A stretch of DNA of 64,000 nucleotides from NCBI GenBank assembly GCA_051362555.1, contig CM120643.1, forward strand, positions 17,364,848-17,428,847, in the 5' to 3' direction. The notes under the pieces were generated by a model, which was not told the DNA's origin, made no database searches, and saw nothing but the letters and a program-made list of their open reading frames with translations. This DNA comes from Lingula anatina (lineage: Eukaryota > Animalia > Brachiopoda). Positions 1 through 15,152 of the stretch are shown here, in pieces; the first letter of the stretch is position 1; each line of letters starts with the position of its first letter. The position numbers and the translations under genes are program-made.

Positions 1-279
1 AGGGCCAAGAGTTCTCCGCAAACGCTGAGCTCTCTCTTCCAACAGACTTATTTTTTATTTTATTGCCTTCTGATTATTAAATTATTGTATAAATTTGGAT
101 TTTGTATAAAAATTTGGCAGCTGTGCTGCAATTATTTTGTCACACATGGAAATTAGCTTTTCTATTTTGGATAAAATTATTTCATCAGAATGGAAAAGTC
201 ATTTATAGAATCACTATTATATGGATTTTCACATATAAATTATTATTTGTTGTGCTTTTAAAATTAATTTAAATTAAAA

Positions 280-500
280 TTGTAAAGTTATGGAATTTGA
301 ATTGATGAAAGTTATTATTTAGTTTAAGGTCCAGTGGTGTACGTGCTAAATTGTAGTTTTGGAATTTATTCAAAATTATGTAGTTCAGTGTGGTTCTAAA
401 TTGTAGTTACGGGATTTGATGAAAATTATGTAATTCAAGGTTCAAATAGGTTCTACTTTGTATTTATGACATATGATGAAAATTATGTACTTCAAAGCAA
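280..500. repeat. Degenerate ~58-bp tandem repeat (gttatggaatttgatgaaaattatgtagttcaagg-like), also at ~1610-1780
   Basis: Unit recurs about 4 times here and about 3 times at 1610-1780. Confidence 0.6.
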
Positions 501-637
501 GCAAGGCCATAGAGGCAAGTTTGATTGTCTCGAATATAGTAGTTTTTGTGCAGTTTTTCACTACAAAGCACACTGTCATCAGCTAAGATTGTATGTGCTT
601 GTGAACATGACAAGTCACTGAAGAATTAGTATAGAGC

Positions 638-1560
638 TGATAAACCAGCAATTGGCCTTGAAAGTTGACTTATCTGAACTATTTTACTACTGTCAACTAT
701 GGGGAGTAATAACACAAAGACAAGGGCAACGTCAACAGCCATGTCCTTTTAGTTCCACTAAGCCACAAATGGACAGGGAGATAAAGCAAAAAGAACTCCC
801 TGCAAATTAGCAAATAGCTGTCTGGCTGAAATACATGTACCAGTAAGCCATAACATCTACAGTACAACATCAAGAAAATGTTATGTAGAGTAACAAACAC
901 AACTGGCTGAAATGTCTAACACAATAAAGACTGTGAACAGAAGCCCTAGGAGATATAAGACTGGAACTTCAAGAAAAATGCAATCTGCTTCTTTGGAGAT
1001 CCATAAAGTACATGAACAACTTTCAAATAAAGAGAAGCATTTTAGGGCTTTGAAAAAGACTCACAACACGCTCAAGAGGAAGCAATTATAGCAATTCTCA
1101 TGAACATCAGAAAACTGAAGACTTATAAGAGGGTGGATATAAACCTGCAATTGGCCTTATAAGTTGACTTTTCTTAACTTTTTTAACTCCGACAACTGTG
1201 GAGAATAAAGACACAAAGCGAAGGGCGACATCAGCAGTCACTTCCTCACTGTCCCTTCAAGACACAAATGGACAGGGAGATGAAGCAAAAAGAACTCACT
1301 GCAAAGTAGCAAACAGAAGTCTAGATGAAATCAGCCATAACATCCACAGCATCATGTACAGCAACAAATACCTGTACATTGTACAACTGGCTGAAATGTC
1401 TGATACAATTAAGAGTGCAGTAGCGGAAGCCGTAGGAGATAAAAGAATGGAATGAGATGGGCTTCTTTGGAGGTCTATGATGTACAAGAACAACTTACAC
1501 CTGTACAGATAAAAAGATTAGGTATAGGGCTTTGAAAACCCATTATAGAAGCCCAATGAA
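638..1560 (+). repeat. Diverged direct duplication (~638-1080 vs ~1137-1560)
   Basis: Shared blocks, e.g. ataaacc.gcaattggcctt..aagttgactt, cacaaatggacagggagat, caactggctgaaatgtct. Confidence 0.7.
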
Positions 1561-2845
1561 GATCAAACAGAAACAAACAATATCCGTGCAAGATTCACAG
1601 AAGTTTTTAATTTTGTAATTTTATGGAAACTATGTAGTTCAAAGTTCAAAAAGGTTCCATGGTGTAGTTATGGAATTTGATAAAAATTATGTAGATGAAG
1701 GTTCAATGAGGTTTTAAATATGAGTTATGGAATTTGCTGGAAAAAATGTATATAGTTCAAAATTCAAAAAGCTTCTTGATTAAAGGTAAAGAATAAAACA
1801 TTTTTTTAAACTTATTCACCATCAGTCTCTTAATCTAAATTTTTGAGAGTATAAAGTAATTTGATTACCACCTTTGAATTTCTTGATATATTCACTAGGT
1901 AGATAGTTACTGGAATATAGTCTAAGATTGATAAAATTAATGGTACTATTGGAACACCCTGAAGCCATGTTAAATAAAAAGCGATATGTTATTTCATGTA
2001 TTAGTTAATCTGAAAGGAATAAGAAAATAGGGATGTTCAAATAATGGCTGCAAAAATTAAATTATTTTTGAGAATTTTGAATTTAAAAGATAATAATTAA
2101 GATCCTGATATAACACAGTGTATTTTAAGAAAGGATCTGTTGAGAAAAGAATTATATTGTATTTAATGGAAGGTGCTATGTTTATTTTGACCCTTGGCAA
2201 AATCGTTTAGAATAGAAACAAAACAATATTGTAGGTATGCCAAGAGAAAAGATGAGCAAAATATTTTTTTTAATTAGAATTAAATTTGGTAAGAAAATGA
2301 GAGTTGAAACAAATATAAACTTATGTTTTCAACTTAAAATAAAGAGAGAAACTAGTTGAAATTCTCCAGCTCGTGTATAGGCACAAAAAATTAGCATATT
2401 GAGTAATTAAAGCTTAAAGCAGATAAGAAAATATGCTAGTTTACAAATTATAAAGTTTTGGAATTAGTGGTAACCACAAAATGTATTGAAATTTGAAATA
2501 TTTAGACCAAACAATGTATTGTCATCAAAGATAAGAGAATATTTATTATATCTACAATGAGATTGAGTACACGTGTCAAGAACAGAAAGTGAAATAAGAA
2601 AATGTGAATTTATGGATTATAAGTTATAGGAATAAGTTATTACCACAAAATGCATTAAAATTAGAAATATATAGGCCAAACAAGGTATTAATGTCAAAGA
2701 TTAGAGGGAAATTCATTATATAATACCAAAAATCAGTTTGAGTATTTTCATGAAAGCGTAAATGAGAAAATGTGTTAGTTTATAAATTTTGACTGATAAA
2801 AGTCAAATCTGAAATTATAACAAACGAGTTATTGCTTTCAAAATT

Positions 2846-2966
2846 AAGAGAATATTTATAATATCTATATTGTGTTATTGTATAAGAGAATATTTATAAT
2901 ATCTATATTGTGTTATTGTATAAGAGAATATTTATAATATCTATATTGTATTATTGTACAAGAGAG
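2846..2966 (+). repeat. 38-bp minisatellite x3
   Basis: taagagaatatttataatatctatattgtgttattgta repeated three times. Confidence 0.9.
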
Positions 2967-3461
2967 TATTTGTTTTATCTGAAATCAGTTTGAGTATTGA
3001 TAACAAAGAGTAAAAAAGAAAACGTGCCAGTTTATAAAGTAATTGATATTAGTTGTTATCACATAGTATAGTACAACTAAATATTCATGTCAAACAAGGT
3101 ATTGTTACCTAATGTAAGAGGCTTTTTTTTTAAATACATGAATTGTTAAGGCAATGGTCAAAGAATAACTACATGTAGTACACTTAAAATTTTCAACAAT
3201 TATTTTCTTTATGGAAGTTTTCTACAGGTACCAACAAACTTGAAGCAATGTGATAAGACGGCTTCTATTCAGCCGTATTTATTTATTTTATTTTATCTAA
3301 TTTTATTTTTTTTATTTTTTTGTGACATATTCAATATTTTAACCAAAATTTAATGAAATGCGTTATGTCAAATTATTATTTTTATTTAAGTTCTTTATGC
3401 ACGTGTTGTTCCTCGTAAGGATGGTCACATGGCATTATCGTTTTCTAGAAAGCAACGATTA

Positions 3462-3573
3462 GGCCGCGTTCACAACCACGGCGCGTGACGGAAGCGGGAA
3501 TCCATTGTCAAGTGCGCGCCATATTTGATCCGTGGACTAGTTATTCCACAGTCAACTGGTTGTGAACGCGGCC
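3462..3573. mobile_element. 112-bp PIF/Harbinger-type MITE
   Basis: TIR ggccgcgttcacaacca / tggttgtgaacgcggcc, flanked by a TTA target duplication. Confidence 0.85.
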
Positions 3574-4512
3574 TTATACTCCTCCCAGGTTGTGCATTGA
3601 TTTTAAAGTGTGGTTCATAGCGGAGGACTGATATTATAGGTGAAAAATGTGCAGATTTAATGGTTGCATTACTGAAAATATTTATGTGGACAGTTGACCA
3701 TGAAGATTAAGTTTTAATTGTATAGAGTTAGGTTATTATTCTATATGCCGGCGGTGCGTTTCGTTAATGTTGTATGTGGTAGAAATCGTCAGTACGTAAA
3801 GGGTTGGTATAGAACGTTACGCAGGCTATAAACACCGCAGTGATAGATGTACATGTACATGTACTTATTGTGGCATTACTGGCGCCTTGCAGGGATGCTA
3901 GATCTTCAAATATATTGGTGCATGAATTAAGAGTAATAAAATTTTGTTAATAATATATGGCGTACACTATTTATTTCTTTAGTCTGTAATCAGTTCAATC
4001 TTTGAGCTTTGATTCATTCTATACATGGACAAAATTACGAAGTCAAATTTGTCCATGTAAGTCCGCTGGGCCTCTCGGTAAATGCAATCAGTTTAACAGA
4101 TTAACACGCCACTCTTGTTTTCAACGTTACACCAAACATTTAAAAACCGGTTAAATTGGCGATAAACGGAGACGCAGCTTAAAAGCAGAAGCACGTGGAG
4201 TGGTGAACAAAACAACGAAAAGGAATTTTTTTGCTCTAAATGTGCTTAATTTTGTTGCACTTTTATATAGTTATTTAATTTACATATAAGAGACGCGGAA
4301 AAGCTATTTTGACCCATGAGAGGCATTTTCTAACAGTCTTCCAAATTATCTTTGTTGAACCATCCTCTACTTTTGACCAACTTTCGACAGAAAAAAATTA
4401 GATGACAGTCAATGTAAACTTGGAAAATTTTGATCGTCTTCCAAAAGACTCAGAAGACGGCTTCCGTCCGCCCCTGCGCCGGTGGGTCACTGTAACAATG
4501 CAAATCAATTTT

Positions 4513-5622
4513 ACGCACGCTTGTTATTACGTCGCTCATTCTTCTTTGTTACGTTAAAATGATACATACGTTACCGATACATACGTTACCATGAAGCGTG
4601 TAATTATTTATTTATTCTATTTTCTTTGGTTGCCTCTCGTTTTGTGGGCCAACACTTATGTCTCGGTATGTATCGGTAACGTATGTAGATCTTCAAAGAT
4701 GCATCAATATATATACTTCTATGGTAACGTATGTCTCGGTAACGTATGTATCATTTTAACGTAACAAAGAAGAATGAGCGCCGTAAAAACATGCGTGCGC
4801 ACATATACAACGTCGCACGTACCTACTCACAAAGTCGTGACAACAAAGAACAATCAATGAATATAGAAAACAACACCTTCATATTTTTGGTCACGTATGT
4901 ATCGGTAACGTATGTATCATATGAACACTTTTCACAGATAGTTGAAGGCAAGAAATCTTATCTGTCTCGTTTTCTTTTATTTTAATGAAACATTAAGACA
5001 TAAGTGTTGGCCCACAAAACGAAAGGCAACCAATGAAAATAAATAAATAAATATTTACACGCTTCATGGTAACGTATGTATCGTTGAGGATTCATGTTAA
5101 TTCACCCTATAGATCTTAAGGAAAATAGAAGTATATATATTGATGCACCTTTGAAGATCTACATTGAAGTTGTAAAATACAATCTGAGCTTTCGGCCCCT
5201 GGGCCTTCTTCGGGGAATATCATACGGTAACGTAATGTATCATATAAACAATTTTTACAGATAGTTGAAGGCAAGAAATCTTATCTGTCTCGTTTTCTTT
5301 TATTTTAATGAAACATTAAGACATAAGTGTTGGCCCACAAAACGAAAGGCAACCAATGAAAATAGAATGAATAAATAAATAAATATTTTCTCGCTTCATG
5401 GTAACGTACAGGTATGTTAATTCACCGTATAGATCTAAAGGACATAGACATATATATATATTCAGCACCCACAAACCGGTATTGTTTTCTGATTTCATTG
5501 TTTGTTCTCTGTTGTCGCGACTCTGTGGTTGCGTGCGACGTTGTATACAGTATGTGCGCACGCTTGTTATAACGTCGCTCATTCTTCTTTGTTACGTTAA
5601 AATGATACATACGTTACCGATA
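4513..5622. repeat. Complex foldback / duplicated repeat with gtaacgtatgtatc subrepeats
   Basis: 4513-4580 is inverted at ~4735-4800 and direct at 5557-5622; 4590-4720 is inverted at ~4995-5160; 4910-5110 is direct at 5235-5440. Confidence 0.8.
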
Positions 5623-6114
5623 AATAAATTGGCTTTCCTTGATACCGATTAACAAAGGCCTATCTTGTCAATCTTGAAAGGTGTGAAAAAGTTCACGGGC
5701 AGCTTAACAAATTAAAAATACCAGAGTAACTGGCTTATCTGTCCGCCTTACCTTGGACTAACAAAACAATAAATTTGTCAAAGCTTTACTTGTTATCGCT
5801 TTGATAACAAGGTTAATGATTTTATGCAACATACGGTACGTTTCTGATTATTATAAACAGACCCCCCCCCCAAAAAAAAAAAAAAAAAAAAAACTTGATT
5901 AATCGCAACGTTATTATCTTGTTGACCACAAGGTGTCACGGCAATCAATACAAGCCACTCCAAAGGTATTATAGAAAAATATTTTAGGAAAGGTTATTAT
6001 ATCTAACGCAACAGAAAGCCATGTATATACTATTAAGGTAAGTTTTTAATTTAATTTTTTCAATAAAGTTTGATTTCAGATATTTAATGGGATCATGTTT
6101 TACTACCAAGTATA

Positions 6115-6155
6115 ATGCGCATGCGCCAGCGTTGCCATAAACAAGATGGCGGTAG
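6115..6155 (+). promoter_or_regulatory. Putative WD40-gene core promoter with NRF1-like (tgcgcatgcgc) and YY1-like (aagatggcgg) motifs
   Basis: Motifs lie ~80-120 bp upstream of ATG 6236. Confidence 0.45.
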
Positions 6156-6235
6156 CAGGTGTGATCAATGGATCTTCGGCCTTAGTTATTTTTTTATTAT
6201 AGTTTGTTAGGTTTTCTCACTAGGAATCCCAAAAG

Positions 6236-6536
6236 ATGGCTATGGAAAAACTGTATTCGGTGCGGGAAACGCACACAAGGACTATAACTGCCCTAGGTTA
6301 CAATCCAGTTCGGAGAGAATTACTTATGGGATGCGAAGGTGGGTACAAATATAATATAAGAAATTTAAATTAGAAAGTAAGGAAATACTAAGATAAAGAA
6401 GAAACTAACATACTGAACTGAAGTTTGTTCAGCTTGTATGGCAAGTATATGCTATCTTTTCCCTGAAAATTTTGTAAACAATTTTCGAGGTACTGTACTA
6501 GTACTGTAATAGTGTTCTAGTAATCAAATGCTTGGA

Positions 6537-6567
<31 letters not shown>

Positions 6568-9500
6568 GTGTGTGTTTGTGTGTATGGACATGTGTGCGTG
6601 TGAGTTTCTTTGCTGTTTATTTTAGACTTGGTCCAGAGCAAAACATGTCTACAGAAACATCTTTGCACACTTGTGTTTTAAATGGTTTAAACTGATTTTA
6701 TGCTGTTTCTTTTCTTTCTTCGCCATCTTAGATGGTGTAATCAAGATGTGGGAGGCAGAGAGTGGAAAGCTGATACAGACAGCATTTGAACATAAAGGCT
6801 GGATCACAGATTTTTTGTGGTGGTAAGTACATTTATGAGTACTCATATAGTAGACCATATAAAGTCTGTAATGGTGCATGTACAGGTACATGTACTGAGT
6901 ACAGTACAAGTATGCAAAGGAGATATGTAATTTATTTATTAATTACTTATTTATTTATTTTATCCTATTTTATCAACAAGTACTTGTTTAGTACAAAGTT
7001 TCATACAGTATAATGAGATATATTTTATTTTATTCTTTTGTTGATTGTTTTCATTACTGAATACTCATACAAATGTAATGCATTGTAGTGACTGTTATAA
7101 TAAACAGAGTGCTATAGTTTGTATTTGTGAATTACATCTCATTCAAAGCCAAACGTAGACCCATAGAGATCATATTAACCTTATTGAAATGTTTTCAGTC
7201 TACAAGTTACTCTACCATGTGTTAATTATTATAATTATTCTTTCAGGAATGACCCAAAGCTGATGCTATCAGCAGCCAATGATGGCACTATTGTTGCCTG
7301 GGGACCAGGGGGAGGAGTCTATGACAGGATTGATGTACGTAAACATATTTACCCATAGTTATATAAATTCCAGCCAAAAGTGCGACTGTCTGCATTTGTG
7401 TACATGTGCATGTGTGTGTGTTTGTGTGCCTGCATGTTTGTGTGTGAGAGAGAGAGAGAGAGCTTGTGTGTGTTTGTGTGTGTGTGTGTGCTTGATTGTG
7501 TGTGTATGTGTGTGAGAGAGAGAGCGTGTGTGAGTGTGTGTGTTTGTATTTTCGTGTAAAGAGGGATGGGGTGGCCTTATAAGTTACAATTACAATCTGA
7601 CAAATGTTCCTTGAAAGATTGCAGTCAGTTAGGAAGTTATTAGTTTATTAATTGTTCAGCATTATGAAAGAGCTAAATATGTCTTTTTAAAAGATTTGTC
7701 TTCTTGAAAGATTCATCCCTCTTGTGCATGGGATACTTTCTTCACCTTTCAGATTGGTCAGCCTATATATTGTTTCTCCCTGAACACAAAGAACAAACAG
7801 CTTGTTTGTGGTGTAAACAGAGGCATTAGAGTCTACAGCCTTGATGAAGGTAAGTAGTGTTATCACTTCACTTGCTTTATTATCATTTTCCTTTATTATC
7901 ACTACAAACTATATCAGAAAACTTTCTTCATTAGCACTGTACAATTTATGGGCATAGTTTCTGAATTATCACGACATAAGATATGCTAACATTATATGCT
8001 AACACAATATATAGTAAAATTTTCTTTACAATCACCATACAACATGTATAAATACCATACTATGCATAATATTTGTCCATATAATTACTATAAAATGTAT
8101 AGCACCTTTTTCTTTAAAATTTCTTCCAGTCTGTTTTCTGATAATTATAATTTTTGTTTAGAAGCAACCACCTTTGAGATGGCAATGATGGAATATTATA
8201 ATTTAAGGAAATGGATTAAAGACAATTTGCTATAAAGGGATGAATAATAATGATAGAAAAATAATAACTGACCTTTTTTATGTAATGTTACATTAACATC
8301 TGCATTGCATGGTAGAGCCATTTATCCTGAAATATTACACAAAATTGTTCAACATACAGTAGTGTTGTTGTGCAGGACATACATGTAGTTGTTGATTACT
8401 GACACTGATCATTGTAGAGCAAGAATGTGGTCATGTGGTCAACCCGCGTGTAGCATACATTACACCAAGTAGAGACTCCAAGGAGACAGGACGTGGAAAA
8501 GATGGAGGTAGTAAGTCAGAAGCTTCACGCAATCAGGTTTATCATGAGGACATTGTACGCAGTTTGGTCTGCCATGAGTCCAGGATCTACTCAGGAGGGT
8601 TAGTTCTATTTTTTTTTTTTTTTTTAAGATATTACAAATTGTTTGTCTGAGCAGTGCAGCTGTAAGGCCAAGATAGCACAGGAACATGTAGTTGGAACTC
8701 TTTTCTGGTCAGATATGCCTTTTGGGATAAGACTTTGCAAGGTAGTAGTTTTCAATTACTAGTGATTGATTTATTTGTCATAAGGCATATGTAATACTAG
8801 TCGTACAATACATTTATTGAATTTACAACTACAAGATGACTGAGAACATTACTTTATATTTTACATTCTTTTCTCCAGATATGACCAAAAGTTGATAGCA
8901 TATGAAGGCTCCGTGTCTTCTTACACAGGAGAACATGTCCTGAAGCCTGTATTTGTGTAAGTTGCTCAGAGTCCAGGTGCCTGTTACATTTAGGCTCTGT
9001 TCTCACAACTTTTAGATCGATCTATCACCGCGGGGAGTCTCACTAGATTACTGTCAGATAATCCCCCTTAAGTGTCCGTCCCCGCCTACTACAAGCTTTA
9101 AGGGGTAATTAACTTTCGTGTCCGCCCGGCTGACAGCTATTTAGCGTGAACCCCCAGGGAGTTAGGTCGATCCAATGTAGGTCGATCTAATCTATGAGAA
9201 TGGGGTGTTATACTGTATGAAAATTAATCCACTCTGAGTTTCACAGGTCACTGCAAACTTACCTTTATTATCAGCATGCTTCTACTGTTTCCAGTAACCC
9301 TGAGTTGCAGATTAACTGGAAATTTCCCTCTTTTGTTAGCATGGCTTTGATATTTCCAATTGCTACTGCACATGTACTAGTACTAGTCTATGATACATAT
9401 ATTTTGATAGTGATGGTATTCACTTATCTCTGTAACTCGGGGTGTAAGTATAACCTTGTCCATTTTTTATATCTTGGACAAAGTGCCAAAATTAACATTG

Positions 9501-12443
9501 AAAAATCTGTTTAAAAGTTACTTTTAGGTTTTGGTACATGTAAATGTTTTGAAATGCATTGTATTTGTTTCATACTTTATTCTTGCAGGCGAAACAGAGC
9601 TCATGATGCTGGAATCTCATGTTTGATATTGGCGAAAGATAATGAGAATAACACATGGTAAGGAGGTGATTGTGTCTCTCTTGATGAGTGAGAAAAAGAA
9701 TAAATCTTAATTTTCTACTGTTACAGTACAGAAAATGAAGAATTCCATTTTGATATTTTCAAATATGAAAAACTCATGACACAAGATACTTATAAATTAA
9801 TAGCTGCACTAAGAGCATAATGGTTATTTATATTTTTTTGTCAAAAATGATCTATCAAATTTTAATTTACCTGAACTTATTTTGAAATATTTATTTATTT
9901 GTTTTTTTTTCTTTGTTTTTTGTTTTTCAAAATGAAGACGATTTTTCTTCATAAATTTTACAGGATTATGACGGGATCCTTTGACAAGACTGTCAAAATT
10001 TGGTCAACAGAGGGTGACCTTGTGCACATCCTGCCCAACTTCCTGGCCACCATCTCAGGCATCTGCTATGTCCCCTGGAGTAAGACTGTGTGGGTGGCAG
10101 GCGGCACTTCATACGCTAGTCTCTATGATCCCAAGTCTGGGGATAAGGCAAGTTTTTCTTTAACTTCCTCCTTCTGCCTCAGAGGTGAGCATACAATAAG
10201 GTTAGCTGCTTTATCTATCCTTTCTTCCTCCTTTCCTTGTAAGAATTAAAAAAACATTTGTTGATATACTATACATGTATTATTAACTGTGTGTGCATTT
10301 AATTTCAGGTGTCAGACTTCATTGGAACATTCCAAAATCAAGAAGAAGAAAAATATACCCTCCAGGTCATGAGGTATTTTCCAGAAACAAAGCAGGTTGT
10401 AGGTAAGAGTTAAGAGAAATCATTAAAATCTAATAATTCTGTCTTCAAGATGTATGAACTAATTTGAAATTCGTTAATAATAATTTGTTAAAAAAGTTAT
10501 ATCTGTGCAGCAAATGTTGTTAGAGTTTTTTGGAAAGTGTAACAGAAACAGTACACAAGTATATATACTAATACAGTATGTAAACAGAATGTACCCTGAG
10601 TCACTGGAAAGTCACCTCTCTCTGATATGTATCAGCATGCCTGTGCTATTTCTAAAGTACTGAAATCCTGGTTGACAAAATGTGTTGGAACTTCATATGT
10701 CATATGCTGCTTAAATAATACACTTACTGATATGTACCTGTATGTTTAAGATCTGATCTCTACCCCCCCCCCCCTCCCCCCATCCAACCCAACCCAAGTG
10801 CATACAGTCATCTTGACTTTGGCATTTAAACACCATGACGGAGTAAGCATAGGTATATTTAATGCCCACTTTATTTGAGTCTATTTTGTATTGCATATTT
10901 CCAGCCTCTACAAGTCGCAGACATCTGGTGGTGTGGAAATATAACACATCTGGCTGTATTACTGCTCTGCGGTGTAAAGCTCCTCTAGAAACTCTGGCAT
11001 ATAGTAAGTGTTGGTCTCTTGAATATAATTGTACTTACTCTTTAGCATATTCTTGTTATCATTTTTTTTTTAAGTTTTAAATTTTATTATTTTTCAATTA
11101 ATCTTTTTTTGGGGTGGGGTGGGGTGGAAGATGTAACTTGAGTATTGTAGTATTTTTAAATCAAAGTTGTTCAGAGTAAGATTTATATCCATATTGTAAT
11201 CAGATTTTCAACTGAGGACATTTTCTGGATATGGACAGAATGAGGTTAGGTTTCTTCCACACAGTATCTCTTGGTTATATTAATTCTGTAAATGACCATT
11301 ATTTGTGAATAACATGTGATACTTGAAGCCCCTCTGGTCCTTTTAAGTCTTATTTTTTCTTAATTTTTTATTGTTCTATTTGATTAAATAATTAATATAT
11401 TCAATTAATATCAATTTTTAGCTCGCAAAGTGCCAATCCTTATCTTCAGTGGAGATTCAGAGGGAGTGATCAACAAATGGGAAAGAATGCAATCCAATCA
11501 CTTCATGTACAGGTAAGCTGATGGAATAATTTATTAAGTCAACGACTTGTAATAATCTTGCACTTAATCAAGAGATTTCACCAGCTATTAACACACTGGG
11601 TTATTCACCCAGATAGGTCTGAAAGTAGTCAGGTTCCCACAGCCATGTGTTTTTCTGAACAAGATAAAATATTGGTCTGCAGGAACATTTGTATATCAGT
11701 TTATTTCCTTCCAGTAAGGAGTCCTATCTTTTGGAAGATGGAAAGAAGAAAAAGAAGAAGAAACCCCAGGATATGATGTTCAAGGACAGGCAGCAGCTAC
11801 AGCTAGAGGAGCACATACAACAGCTTGAAAACAAGCGGAAACAGCAGGCAGCCAGGGCCACCAAGTCCCACTATGCTTATAATAAACCCATCATCCCTCC
11901 TGTAAGCATGACAACTATTCAAAAAGTAGTATTTTCTTTATTTATGGGTTATTTCACAAAAGTGAACATTTGAGTCATATTAGTGAAACACATATTTTGT
12001 GAAATATTTGCATGTTTTTGACTATTACATGTATGTTTGCTGTTTATAAGCTCCTATATACAATTAATTTGACTAAACACAGTTTTAACATCTTAAAAAT
12101 GTAAAATATCAGAACAAGATTGCAATTTTTTATTGGGAAAACACTCCATGGATTTTGTGAATGTTTAAAAAAAGATTGAAATTGTTTGTTTATAATTATT
12201 TATTTTTCAGGTTTCAGTTCACAAACACCCTAACACAACTATTCTGAAGTTGATCTTCAATGAGTATTCTGATACCATAGTGGCAGCATGTGAAGATGGC
12301 AATATATGTGAGTATTATATGGGTCAAGCAACAGGTCAGATTTCATAAGTACTAAATTAAATATGCATTTAAAAAAATTTTTTTCTACTCACACACACAT
12401 GCGCACACACACACACACACACACACAAAAGCCAAAATACATA

Positions 12444-12477
<34 letters not shown>

Positions 12478-13161
12478 TGCACGCATGCACACATGCACAA
12501 TCAAATTCATGCTCCCTGAACTGTTGCTTCCAGATGTGTGGGGCTTTGACCTGAAGGCTATTGATCACCTGATGCAGAAGATGAAACCAGAGACCACAGA
12601 CTCCCAGCCTCTAGTCCAGAAGTATGCAATCCTACTAGACAAGCATTCAGAGCTCTTGCCAAACAGCAACAAAAGATATATAGAAGATGTAAGTATATTG
12701 CTCTGGCTGTGTTCAGAGCCACAGCATTTCTGACGAAGTTGTAACAGCATTTCTTAACAATAGTGTATACACCATATACTTGTTACACATACTAGTAGCT
12801 ATAAAGCTGGATAATTTTGACCAAATCAGAAATTCTAAGTAAGTTATTCTATTATTATTTTTTTCTTATTTATTTAATATTTATTTATTCATTTATTGGT
12901 TTTGAAAGAAGTATAAGATATGGTTCATTCAATATCTTATCAAAGTCCTAAAAGTGTCGTTACATATACTTACACTTCAAATACAAAAATGTTATGATAA
13001 TTTTCCGTAATTTTCAGGATGAGGACTCAGTAACCAACAGAGTGGCAGGATTTGTCCCTCTCCATGTCCTGTCTGATCACTTGTCCTGTGTCACCTCCAT
13101 GATTCTAGTGGGCAGAGAGCACGGCTATGACAGGAGCTATCTGGTAAACTGTGCTACTAGC

Positions 13162-13213
<52 letters not shown>

Positions 13214-15099
13214 CACACACACATACTTTGGGTGTTAAGAAACTTAGGGTCCTTGTCACAGAGTCTGACCTCGATTAAATTCATACAGGTTAGGGTAAGT
13301 GAGATGTTATAATTTGGTCAACATCTAGGAGATGTGGCTTTGCTGTAAATATCAATGGGAACCAGACTCTGTATCACAGGGGACTCTCATATTTTAGAGA
13401 GGATCTTTGGGGTCATGCCAGTTTTTACGTAAAATTATGATAAATTATCTTCATGTAGTATTCATAAGCCTATACTGTCTTGTGTATTCATGATGGTTTG
13501 TGTTGTGTTTCAGCTTAGTGGTGGCTGGGACAGTAGACTTATCATATGGGATTTAGAAAATGGAGAGTAAGTACTATAACCACCATACATGTAATGCACT
13601 GCACTATGTTAGTTGCTAGTATATAGATTATGGAGGTATTTTTCATTTTCAAAAAGTTTTGATTTCTCAGATATTGTCCATGTAATTCAACCATATATAC
13701 AGTGTTATTGTATATGCATGTGTTGGTATCGCATGTGTCACTATGATGGGAATTACAATCAAGAAAACAGTAGATAAAGGATTCTCAAAGATATAACAAT
13801 TTCAGAATTCATGGTTTCCGTAAGAATTGAGTCTGGACTCACTTGCTCACTCTATGCTCAGCTTAGTTTATAGATGCCATTGTTTATCACAAAATTATTT
13901 ATTATTACATTATATTATACTAATGTCCAATTGGGATGAAACTTATTTGAAAAAACTTCGAAAAACATGTCTGTATATTTGTTTCAGACTTCATGACACA
14001 TTTCGTAACACAGGACAGTCCTCAGACCTGGAGTTTGCGGAGCTGGCGTGTGATGGGGTAATCACTGATATGGACTATAACCCTAAGGAGTAGGTTCTCT
14101 CTCTCTCTCTCTCTCTCTTTTATATATTTACCTAATAGTATTTTCTTTAATCTCAAACTTTCCACTTAATGAATGTAAGCATTTAAGTATCCAAATAGAA
14201 AATATACATATAGTAATATAAGTGTTGTAGTCATCATATACATTACCTATGTTAATCGAACCAAACAGTTTACAATTATATGTATAATTATTATTATATT
14301 ATAGTAATATTTCAAGTACAGTCAGTGTGTCTTCAGTGCCACTTCTCTTTTTAGGAATGAGTTTGCCTATGCTTCCTCAGACAAGAGTGTTTACATCCGT
14401 AAGTTCTCAACTGTGGGCTCTGAGATGACCTTGGTGGACACACTGAAAGGTCATGACATGGAGATCACTGCAGTCAGGTGGAACAGTGTCAACAGCACCT
14501 GGGTGACAGGGTCTGAGGACGGCACCGTTCAGATCTGGGCGTTTAAGGTACCACAGTGACATGATATCTAATAATGCTGAATGATAATATATATGCACTG
14601 GTACTTAAGACTTTGATGAGTGAACTAGCTTTTGTGTAAATGTTATACATGTAATTATAATATACATAAAAAAAAGATTTTGCTTTATATACAAAAGATG
14701 GAAAACAGAAAAGAAATTTGCACAAATTAAATACCTGTAGGCATAATACTAGTATACTGGTACTAGAATATATGAAAGCATTTACATGGAAGTTTCAAGT
14801 ACATTTATGAAGCAAATTAACATATTTCCGTGTACAAACAAGCAGACTGCATCATTACTTTTTATTCAATTAAGTTAAAACTTCCATATTTTTTAATGTT
14901 TTACTCTTCAGAAAGTGGCTTCTTCAAATTGTTATTTTTTTAAACATGTTCAAAAATTGTGAAATATTTTCCTTCCAGACAGCACTGGGTTTTCATGAGT
15001 GTGAGCAGGTGGTGAATGCCCAGGGGTCAGTGTCCACCTTGTGTATTGACATCAATAATGGCAGCATTATTGCTGGGGTGCAGGAGATCATCAGGTAAC

Positions 15100-15152
<53 letters not shown>

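Noticed and set aside
1198-1455. 85-aa ORF in the duplicated segment
   Set aside because: The frame is not kept in the other copy and has no recognisable motif
2846-2966. 38-bp repeats as a possible CRISPR array
   Set aside because: Head-to-tail units with no spacers, in a eukaryotic context
6146-6160. Upstream ATG as the WD40 start
   Set aside because: Splicing to the nearby acceptor puts it out of frame with the WD40 ORF
7400-15150. ORFs rich in CV/HT dipeptides
   Set aside because: Translations of intronic (GT)n/(CA)n microsatellites
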